DNA of 64,000 nucleotides from a virus (Duplodnaviria; Caudoviricetes): positions 96,001 to 160,000 of IMG/VR virus record IMGVR_UViG_3300038443_002533; one strand, written 5' to 3'. The position numbers and the translations under genes are program-made. Shown here piece after piece: positions 19,301 to 26,236 of the stretch; the first letter of the stretch is position 1, and each line of letters opens with the position of its first letter. The notes beneath the pieces were generated by a model that saw only the letters and a program-made list of their open reading frames with translations, was not told where the DNA came from and did no database searches.

Positions 19301-19713
19301 TCGGTCGGGCGTCGAACGTGGTGCAGTGCTTGCATTATCTGCCGATCTCGGGTCTGCCGATCTTTGGTAATGCCCGTGAGAAGGTGCGTAACATCACGGC
19401 GAATACCGCAGCCACCATCATCGACCTGAACAACGGCGACGGCGCTACGGTGTTTAAAGTGACGATTGCCGCCAACACCACGATCACCTTCACCAATCCG
19501 CCACCTGCGCCGAACGGGGAGATCTTCAACTTCACCCTGATCACCATTAACGATGGCACCGGTGGCCGCGCCATGAGTTTCGGTAACCCGATGCAGTGGG
19601 CTGGTGGGAATCTGCCACCGCGCACCACGACGGCGAACGCCAAGGATGTGTGGGCGTTTTATGTGGATGGTGGGGTCTACGGTGGCGCGTTGTCGATCGA
19701 CGATCAACGTTAA
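16336..19713 (+). CDS. Tail fibre 1 (1125 aa, internally duplicated modules)
   Basis: N-terminal anchor GDANT.V.T..G.IPSLAK shared with 22757; repeated SGVNTGDET and LGYTP motifs; two DCGxWxAS modules; C-terminal TITFTNPP domain. Confidence 0.8.
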   Translation: MSNMDDLIAGFKTSMQIAGLVAGGDANTDVDTPAGKIPSLAKQSRLAQEKFDALTAQGNNVLRTDTQATYSSAQQQQARTNLGLDRINNTADADKPMSTVVQAAINDLLAQLQSKESTSNKSVKDGYVGYEGNLLALINNVNNTKSYLINNATAGHNYNLPDKNGTFALLDDITGTNSGVNTGDETTTTIKNKLGITTLSGVNTGDFDNVVVVANSASLPNQGVAKRIYVDQAASVLYYWNGAAYSQLTTLIANTDSVAEGNTNKYFTQLRSIQSVLSNYVNGVSGAVSSGDTVVNAISKLQTQINNAINDYTAKLVTKEDLANKVTDFSVVNDTLYPSVQAVKTYADALVAGVLKDCGNWNASTNQFPTNGGTGLNGAIRKGNLWYVAVAGTLGGIPVNVGDAFRALVDGPGQTASNWAVLESNLGYVPYNSTNPAGYISGITGPMVTAALGYTPLKTTDKNANNGVVGTTGFKINFINNLGTVTSFLSTDATQARTYNFPDKDGTVAMLSDITGTSSGVNTGDETQASILQKLGATQVTGSNTGDQTITLTGDVTGSGTGSFAATIQPNSVTLAKMTQIATGMLLGRASAGSGNVETLTATQVKALMSLDQVNNTSDANKPVSTAQQTALNLKENLSNKATDFSTIDNVKYPTTSAVKNYMDGRLTSVVVDCGSWDASTGSYPSTGGTGTAGAIKKGNLFFISVAGNIGGTQLGVGDSIRALVDSPGQVNSNWDALETNIGYVPYNASNPAGYLSAITAAMVTGALGYTPLSPNSVNAAGGVVGMSGYKVTFVNNAGTVTSTLENTNTSPRAYVLPDKSGTVAMLSDITGINSGTNTGDETATTIKSKLGITTLSGSNTGDETQGSILSKLGATAVSGSNTGDETQASIVTKLGYTPVNKSGDSMTGVLNFAAGVSLGAASTVNLDSVTSNVVEITGTTTINSLLLADGHMRFLHFSASLTLKNTASLVLPTGQDIVTQAGDWAVVVGRASNVVQCLHYLPISGLPIFGNAREKVRNITANTAATIIDLNNGDGATVFKVTIAANTTITFTNPPPAPNGEIFNFTLITINDGTGGRAMSFGNPMQWAGGNLPPRTTTANAKDVWAFYVDGGVYGGALSIDDQR

Positions 19714-19718
19714 CAGGA

Positions 19719-19740
19719 GCATGGGGTAGTTACCCCATGT
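19719..19740 (+). terminator. Hairpin after fibre 1
   Basis: GCATGGGGTA/TACCCCATGT inverted repeat; no clear U tract. Confidence 0.45.
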
Positions 19741-19757
19741 CTTCGCTTGAGGTAATT

Positions 19758-20648
19758 ATGCCATTGTCAACACGATTACGTTATGAAAAGACGTTGCGTG
19801 CCAACAAAAACGTCAGCACGTTCAATGCGCCTGGGACGTACCAAGTTCCCTATGGACGTGGCTTGGTGAAGGTGGGTGGCCGTGGTGGGTCGGGCAACCC
19901 GCCGTCAGGCGGCAATGTCGCGAGTTATAATTCACCCACTCCCGGCAACATCGCGAATTACAATAGCCCGACGCCGGGTAACTACGCGGGGACCAATCCT
20001 GCCTCGGGTGGAAATGCCGCGGGGTACAATCCCGTGGTGCCCGGAAATGCCGTGACCACACCAGGCAACTACGTACCCGCTTCGTACACGCCGGGTAACA
20101 CCAATCCTGGATCGTATTCCAATGGCAACTATGTGCCGGAGTCGTACAGTGAGGTGGACGTCGCGATGACCCAGAACTGCCCGGGTGGATGGGATGTGGG
20201 GTATTCGTACGATGATAACGGCCATCCGTTTAAAGTCTGTACTCTCACGACCCCTGCGTACACCAACCCTGGCACCTACACGGCTGGCAACACCAATCCG
20301 GGCTCGTATGCGCCCGCGTACACCAATCCCACGGTGACGAATTACAACCCGTCCTCGGGCGGGAATCTGTACTACAACCCGTATTATCCCGCCACGCCGT
20401 ATTACAACCCATCCACACCAGGGACGGCCAACTATAACCCGGATACTCCCGGGACAGCGAACTACAACCCGTTCGTGCCTGGAAATGTTGGACAGGCGAT
20501 GACGGTGGCCGGTGTCACGTTCCCCGGCGGCGCCGTCGGTGCGCTGGCGCCGACCATCAGTCCGGCGCCGTCTAACATGTCGTATTCGTCCAATGGCGTA
20601 TCGATCGATGTGGCTCCAGGCGGGTATGTCACTATCACACCGATTTAA
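19758..20648 (+). CDS. Gly/Pro/Asn/Tyr-rich tail-associated protein with mirror-ordered repeats
   Basis: Start moved to ATG 19758 (GAGG RBS). YNxxTPG repeats flank a central CPGGW...KVC loop. Confidence 0.7.
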   Translation: MPLSTRLRYEKTLRANKNVSTFNAPGTYQVPYGRGLVKVGGRGGSGNPPSGGNVASYNSPTPGNIANYNSPTPGNYAGTNPASGGNAAGYNPVVPGNAVTTPGNYVPASYTPGNTNPGSYSNGNYVPESYSEVDVAMTQNCPGGWDVGYSYDDNGHPFKVCTLTTPAYTNPGTYTAGNTNPGSYAPAYTNPTVTNYNPSSGGNLYYNPYYPATPYYNPSTPGTANYNPDTPGTANYNPFVPGNVGQAMTVAGVTFPGGAVGALAPTISPAPSNMSYSSNGVSIDVAPGGYVTITPI

Positions 20649-20659
20649 AGGAAAGAAAC

Positions 20660-21580
20660 ATGCTTAACGCAACCTGGTACCTCGTGTGCGACATGCGCTC
20701 CAAAGTCGCCCACGATCTCATCCAACTCGATAATACCTGGGGGACTGTCACCGGTATGCTGGGCCAAAGTGACGATAACCTCGAACACTTTTACCTGTGG
20801 GCCACCAATCACCAAGGCATCAGCTTCATGCCGATCGACCGGGCCCGATCGGTGGGGGTGACAGAAGACAGCATCACCCAAGCCATTGCCACAGCCCAAC
20901 CAGCCGTACTGGCGTGGCTGCGTTCGATGCGCGATCCGCTGCTGCGCGCCACTGACAGCATCATGAGTGTGGACCGCTGGAATGCGCTGGATGTGGTCGC
21001 CCAAGCCCAAGTGGCGGCGTACCGCCAAGCCCTGCGTGATGTCACCAATGCGCCGGACCCGCTCAACGTGACGTGGCCCCCGATTCCGCCGGCGCTGGAC
21101 AGTTTGCGCACGTTCGATTTGAACAGCCTCCCGCGCCCGAGTGTCGCCTTTGCCCAGATGCTGATCAATCCGTTTCCCCCACTGACCTTGGCCCAGCAAC
21201 GCACCAACCAATGCTTGCGGATTAAAGAGCTGCGCGATAAGCGTAAATCCGGTGGGGTGAAAGTGTCGGTCGGCGGGGTGCCCTATTGGTTTCACACCGA
21301 CGATGCCAGTCGCGCGCAATATGCCCTGATGGATGGCATTGCGATCCGTAATTCGTTGCCCGCTGATTACACCTTGGAAGCGGGTTGGAAAACCATGTCG
21401 GGGGATTATGTACCGTTCACGGTCGGCACGCTGCACGCGGTCATCAGTGCTGGTTTTGCCAACGAGACTGCGGTTTTTAACGTGGCGAAAAACCACTCAA
21501 CCAACGTCATGAATTCGACCGCTCCCGAAACCTATGACTACAGCACCGGGTGGCCGACGATGTACAGTGACACCCTGTAA
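20660..21580 (+). CDS. Tail fibre assembly chaperone-like protein with a C-terminal DUF4376-like domain
   Basis: AAYRQALRDVT...NVTWP motif; IKELRDKRKSGGVKV...WFHTD...WKTMSGDYV motif. Confidence 0.7.
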   Translation: MLNATWYLVCDMRSKVAHDLIQLDNTWGTVTGMLGQSDDNLEHFYLWATNHQGISFMPIDRARSVGVTEDSITQAIATAQPAVLAWLRSMRDPLLRATDSIMSVDRWNALDVVAQAQVAAYRQALRDVTNAPDPLNVTWPPIPPALDSLRTFDLNSLPRPSVAFAQMLINPFPPLTLAQQRTNQCLRIKELRDKRKSGGVKVSVGGVPYWFHTDDASRAQYALMDGIAIRNSLPADYTLEAGWKTMSGDYVPFTVGTLHAVISAGFANETAVFNVAKNHSTNVMNSTAPETYDYSTGWPTMYSDTL

Positions 21581-21608
21581 TTTGCACGCATAATCAAAAA
21601 GGTCTAAC

Positions 21609-22100
21609 ATGTCCAAAACGATTCGAGTGTATTTCTACAAAGCGATCCGCCCTGGCATGGCAGGTATCTATAGCCACGGGGTGCGGTTGATCACCAAATC
21701 GATCTATTCGCACTGCGAAATCCAATTTAGCGATGGGATGGCGGCGTCGTCCTCATTCATCGATAAAGGGGTGCGTTTTGCCCAGATCGAGTTCGATCCC
21801 GACCACTGGGATTGTATCGAACTGCCGGCCGAGTTGTTTGAAACCAAAGCGCGGCAATGGTTCCAAGACCATCTGGGGCAGCCGTATGACTTGCTCGGTA
21901 ACATCCACTTCCTGTTCAGCGTGGTGGGCGACGACAAGCGCAAATGGTTCTGCTCGGAAGCGGTCGGTGCAGCGCTCGGGTTGCCCAATTCCTGGCGTTT
22001 CGATCCGGGTACGCTGTACCAGGCAGTGCAATGGTTGGCCACCAGTTTGCAACGGCAAACCATCACGCAACTGCCCGTGACGGATTGGGCGGCAGCGTAA
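21609..22100 (+). CDS. Permuted papain-like/NlpC-type amidase (family often mis-annotated as enoyl-CoA hydratase)
   Basis: YSHCE (His) precedes KWFCSE (Cys); GQPYDLLG motif. Confidence 0.7.
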   Translation: MSKTIRVYFYKAIRPGMAGIYSHGVRLITKSIYSHCEIQFSDGMAASSSFIDKGVRFAQIEFDPDHWDCIELPAELFETKARQWFQDHLGQPYDLLGNIHFLFSVVGDDKRKWFCSEAVGAALGLPNSWRFDPGTLYQAVQWLATSLQRQTITQLPVTDWAAA

Positions 22101-22113
22101 GCAAAAAACTCAT

Positions 22114-22165
22114 GACAGCATACTCGGGTCAGGCGGACAACCGCCTGACCCGATGTGCATATGTC
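22114..22165 (+). terminator. Hairpin (13 bp perfect stem) followed by TATG
   Basis: TCGGGTCAGGCGG-ACAA-CCGCCTGACCCGA; TATG at 22160-22163. Confidence 0.65.
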
Positions 22166-22225
22166 TCTTCCGGCTTTGAATTATGGTATGTCCATGAGGT
22201 AAATTAATATTTATTTGAGGGTTTC

Positions 22226-22732
22226 ATGACCGATACCTCCGTGCCGGCGATCACGGCCAAGCAAGAATTGATCGACTTAATTAACCATGACAATCACACC
22301 ACCCTGACGGTGGATGATGTCACGTTTTCTGCCCCGACCATCGTCAATTACCAAGGGCGCAATACCCAAGTGACGGTGAGTGCCAACCCCAACAGCGCGT
22401 TGAGCGGCAGCATGAATGTGTTCTATAACCGTCTCGCGGTATCGGGATTGGGTTATATCGGGGTGGTCAGTGCGGATGCGATTACCCCTGAAGAATTCCT
22501 CGCCATGGTCAGTGCCAACAAAGGCATTGACTTGCTGGCGGAAGAATTCGAGCCATTCTTGGTGCCCGTCTTAGAGATCGGGACGGTGGGTCAAATCGCC
22601 CTGGTGGCCAAAACCACCGCCATCAAGTGGTATGGCCAAACCACCGCGGATTACACCTTTAACCTGCCGCCCGAACTGGCCTTACTGAGCGAGTTGGTTA
22701 ACATCACCCTTCCCTCCCAGGGCTATTTATAA
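22226..22732 (+). CDS. Fibre-adaptor-family virion protein, directly upstream of fibre 2
   Basis: ELIDLINHDN...RNTQVTVSANP.S..SGS..VFYNRL pattern. Confidence 0.6.
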   Translation: MTDTSVPAITAKQELIDLINHDNHTTLTVDDVTFSAPTIVNYQGRNTQVTVSANPNSALSGSMNVFYNRLAVSGLGYIGVVSADAITPEEFLAMVSANKGIDLLAEEFEPFLVPVLEIGTVGQIALVAKTTAIKWYGQTTADYTFNLPPELALLSELVNITLPSQGYL

Positions 22733-22756
22733 CCTTGCATTTGCAAAGGATTTCCC

Positions 22757-25700
22757 ATGTCACTCAATGACGCGATTAATCAAGGTATCGCCGATTTTGA
22801 TAAACTCCATCAAATTCTGCACGGTGATGCCAATACCTCGGTGATCACCGATGGCGGTCCGGTGCCAACCGTGGCCAAAACCATCGGCGGTATCTACGGC
22901 AAGATCCTCGACACGCTGGGTGCCGAGAGCACGTCCACCCTCACAGTGGGACTGGGTCTGCAATCGCTGACCATCCCCAATGACAAATCCTTCCAACCGG
23001 GTCAGTACATCACCGTCGCCAACAGCGGTGGCGACAAGGTCATGTTCGGTCCGGTCGTCAGCTACCAAGACACGCTGCTGCTCCTGAACGTGGTCAACAC
23101 CGTCGGCTCCGGCACGGATACCGCTTGGATCGTCACGGTCTCGGGGCCGTCGGGTCGCACCGGCGCCAGCGCGTATGAGGACGCGGTTCTCAACCTCGGC
23201 TTCGTCGGTTCGAAAACCGACTGGCTCAACAGCCTGAAAGGTAAGGACGGGCGGGACGGTAACGATGGTTTGCAAGGCGTGCGCGGTAAGACCGCCTACG
23301 AAGTCGCCCAACAAAACGGTTACAACGATACCGAGCAAGCTTGGTTGCTCAGCCTGAAAGGCCCCCAGGGCGCCAAAGGTAACGACGGTCTGAACGGTAA
23401 GTCGGCCTACCAAAGTGCGCTGGACAATGGTTTTGTCGGCTCGGAAGCGGACTGGATGATCAGTCTGAAAGGTCAAGCGGGTATCGACGGTAAGTCGGCG
23501 TATGAACTCGCGACTGACAACGGCTTTGTCGGCACCACGAACGACTGGCTGGATTCGATCAAGGGTAAAGACGGCCGCAGCCTCACGATCCGTGGCACGC
23601 TGGCCGACCAAGCCAGTCTGCCCTCTGGTGCTGCACTGGGTGACGCCTATGTCGTCAGTGGCGATATCTGGGTGAATGGCGACAGCGGTTGGTTCAACGC
23701 CGGTCAATTCCTCGGGGTGGCAGGTCAGAATGGCCGCTCGGCTTATCAGGTCGCAGTCGACAACGGTTTCGTCGGCGATGAACAAACCTGGCTGACCAGC
23801 CTGAAGGGCGCCCAAGGCGACCAAGGTGTGAAGGGCGATACCGGTAAGAGTGCCTACCAGCTCGCCGCTGACAACGGTTTCAGTGGCACCACGATCGAGT
23901 GGCTCGCCAGCCTCAAGGGTCCGAAAGGTGATACTGGTGCGGCAGGGTCGGGCGGTAGTGGTGGCGGCATGGGAGCGTCGGAGAAAATCTTCACGGACTC
24001 CACCACCATCACACCGACCTCGCTGGACGGTTCGGTCAACAATGTCTTCACGATCAAAGTGACGGCGGACTTTGTGATCCCGCCGATCGTCAACGCGATC
24101 TCCGGTCAGAATTACCTGATCGTGCTGATGCAAGACATCGCCGGTAACCACAAGGTCACCAAAGACCGTTTGTACAAATTCAGCAACAACGTTGACCCGC
24201 AGTTCTCGACCTCGGGTTCGGCCATCGACTTGCTGCAAACCACGGCGTCGGCGTCGGGTTTCTTCTACAGCCGTTTCTTCGGCGGCTTTACGACCACCGG
24301 CATCGCACGCATCGCAAGCACCGCCTACGATACCATGGCACTGGCTGGTGCGGCGGCCAAAGACGGCGATCTGATTTACGTCACCCGTTCGGGCCAGATG
24401 AGCGAATGTACGGTGCCGATGCTCAACCCGGGCTACTACACCATCGCAGGTGACCCGGCGGTGGCCGGCGTACCGACCCTGAAGGTGGACAATACCGTGC
24501 ACCTGGCCTGGTCGAAAGGTATCATCAACGTCGAAGCGGGCCATGTCACGGTGCGTGACCTGAAGCTGGTCGGGGCCTGGACGTCGGACTTGAGCGGCGC
24601 GGCAATCCGTCACAACCCGGGCGTGCAGTACCTGCGCATGGAACGTCTGGTCATCAACAACTGCCAAGACGGTGTGCTGTCAGCCACGCTCGACCCGGCG
24701 AACCGGATCAGCAACGGTTACACCATTGAGTTGGTGGATTGCATTCTGGATAGCAACGGTCAGGGTACCGACGGTCAATCGCACAACATCTATTTGCAGC
24801 ACTACAACCGTGTGTATGCGCTGCGCACCCGCTTCACCAACGCCTTGTACGGTCACGACTTCAAGACCCGTGCGGACTGGGTGCTGATGGACCGTTGCTA
24901 TTGCAGCGGCGCGGGTAGCCGTGAAGTCGACATCCCGGATGGCGGTGTGTTCCATGCGGTGAACTCGTACTTCATCATGAACGCGAAGACGGGTCAGAAC
25001 AACCTGATCGGTATTGGCCACGAGATTTCCAAAGACGGTGCCAACACCCAGCAAGAATACATCTTCCGTAACTGCTTGCTGCAAAATGACTCGGGCGGTA
25101 ACTTCAGCGAAACGTTCGTGCAGCAGATTAGCACCAGCGTCACGGTATACTTCATCGACTGCGTGTTCCTCACCGCATCGCCCAACCACTGCATCATGGA
25201 TACGCCGTTCCAGCTGGTGTACACCGGCGGCCCGATCGGTCCGGAAGGCTGGGATCAGAGCAAAGGCGGTATCATTCCGAAGCGTGGTACGTACAACACC
25301 TCGGGTGGTAACAGCATCTGGGCGGACAATCTGCAACCGGCAATCATCTACGGCGCAGATCCGACCCTGAATTCGTTCCCGCCGACCGGCTCGACTTCGA
25401 CCCCATCGGTGCGTCCGGAAAATACGGGCCCTGACACGACGCCGCCCGCAGTCTCGCTTGCCTCTTCGGCCAGCACGGTTTCGTCCAGCGGCACCATCAC
25501 GCTGACTGCAAATGCGTCGGACAACGTCGGTGTCGCTGAAGTGGACTTCTACCGCGATGGCGTCAAGATCGGCACAGACAGCGCCGCACCGTACACCTGC
25601 ACGGTGACGCTGAGCAGCTCGGACAACGGTACGCTGACGTTCACGGCTGTGGCCATGGATGCAGCAGGTAACCAAACCACGAGTGCTCCGGTGCAAGTGG

Positions 25701-26173
25701 TGGTGAACGTGATGCCGGATCCGACGGTGTATCCGTTCTCGATGGATAACCAAACCACGTCTGAGTACAACGCGGCCATCGCAGGCGCAACGTCGCCAGG
25801 TAAACGTTTGGCCGGTGCCAATGCAATCGTCAGTGCAATGACTCCATATCGCCTCTACATCTACCAGGAAAACAGCTTGGTGGTGCCGATGACGTTCTCG
25901 ACCCCGATGGTGGCAAATGACGACGGCACGAACGTGACGGTGAGCACCGGTACGCCAGATCCGACCGATCCGCTGATGGCTGCCGATATCAACTCTGGTA
26001 CCTGGCACTTTGAGCTGCAAGGCGCGGCCGATTACAGCCGCTCGATCAAAGGCAGTGTCGGTCCGACGGGATCGGGCAAGATGATCGAAATCAGCGATAA
26101 TCCGGCCCCGGGTACGGGCGTGAGCATCAGCTTCTCGATGACGCTGGATCGCTCCATCGATGGTCTGAGCTAA
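22757..26173 (+). CDS. Tail fibre/spike 2: anchor, collagen-like SAYE repeats, right-handed beta-helix, Ig-like domain, C-terminal domain
   Basis: GDANT anchor; G-x-y triplets; GAAIR..QDGVL..HNIYL..GHDFKTRA beta-helix signature; DTTPPAVSL...ASDNVGVAEVDFYRDG Ig domain. Confidence 0.8.
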   Translation: MSLNDAINQGIADFDKLHQILHGDANTSVITDGGPVPTVAKTIGGIYGKILDTLGAESTSTLTVGLGLQSLTIPNDKSFQPGQYITVANSGGDKVMFGPVVSYQDTLLLLNVVNTVGSGTDTAWIVTVSGPSGRTGASAYEDAVLNLGFVGSKTDWLNSLKGKDGRDGNDGLQGVRGKTAYEVAQQNGYNDTEQAWLLSLKGPQGAKGNDGLNGKSAYQSALDNGFVGSEADWMISLKGQAGIDGKSAYELATDNGFVGTTNDWLDSIKGKDGRSLTIRGTLADQASLPSGAALGDAYVVSGDIWVNGDSGWFNAGQFLGVAGQNGRSAYQVAVDNGFVGDEQTWLTSLKGAQGDQGVKGDTGKSAYQLAADNGFSGTTIEWLASLKGPKGDTGAAGSGGSGGGMGASEKIFTDSTTITPTSLDGSVNNVFTIKVTADFVIPPIVNAISGQNYLIVLMQDIAGNHKVTKDRLYKFSNNVDPQFSTSGSAIDLLQTTASASGFFYSRFFGGFTTTGIARIASTAYDTMALAGAAAKDGDLIYVTRSGQMSECTVPMLNPGYYTIAGDPAVAGVPTLKVDNTVHLAWSKGIINVEAGHVTVRDLKLVGAWTSDLSGAAIRHNPGVQYLRMERLVINNCQDGVLSATLDPANRISNGYTIELVDCILDSNGQGTDGQSHNIYLQHYNRVYALRTRFTNALYGHDFKTRADWVLMDRCYCSGAGSREVDIPDGGVFHAVNSYFIMNAKTGQNNLIGIGHEISKDGANTQQEYIFRNCLLQNDSGGNFSETFVQQISTSVTVYFIDCVFLTASPNHCIMDTPFQLVYTGGPIGPEGWDQSKGGIIPKRGTYNTSGGNSIWADNLQPAIIYGADPTLNSFPPTGSTSTPSVRPENTGPDTTPPAVSLASSASTVSSSGTITLTANASDNVGVAEVDFYRDGVKIGTDSAAPYTCTVTLSSSDNGTLTFTAVAMDAAGNQTTSAPVQVVVNVMPDPTVYPFSMDNQTTSEYNAAIAGATSPGKRLAGANAIVSAMTPYRLYIYQENSLVVPMTFSTPMVANDDGTNVTVSTGTPDPTDPLMAADINSGTWHFELQGAADYSRSIKGSVGPTGSGKMIEISDNPAPGTGVSISFSMTLDRSIDGLS
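23161..23919 (+). repeat. Six coding repeats G(K/R)SAY(E/Q)xAxxNGFxGxxxxWLxSLKG separated by collagen-like linkers
   Basis: Six copies counted in the translation of 22757-26173. Confidence 0.85.
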
Positions 26174-26190
26174 TAGAACCACGTGTAGTC

Positions 26191-26219
26191 AACTCCCCGG
26201 GGGCTTCCCCCCGGGGTTA
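26191..26219 (+). terminator. GC-rich hairpin between tail genes
   Basis: CCCCGGGGG-CTTC-CCCCCGGGG; weak U tract. Confidence 0.5.
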
Positions 26220-26236
26220 CTCAACTAGGATAAGAC

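Noticed and set aside
19900-20480. Roughly 30 nt quasi-repeats as a CRISPR array or DGR template/variable repeat
   Set aside because: They are conserved at protein level with synonymous divergence, there are no unique spacers, the differences are not adenine-specific, and the window has no reverse transcriptase or cas gene
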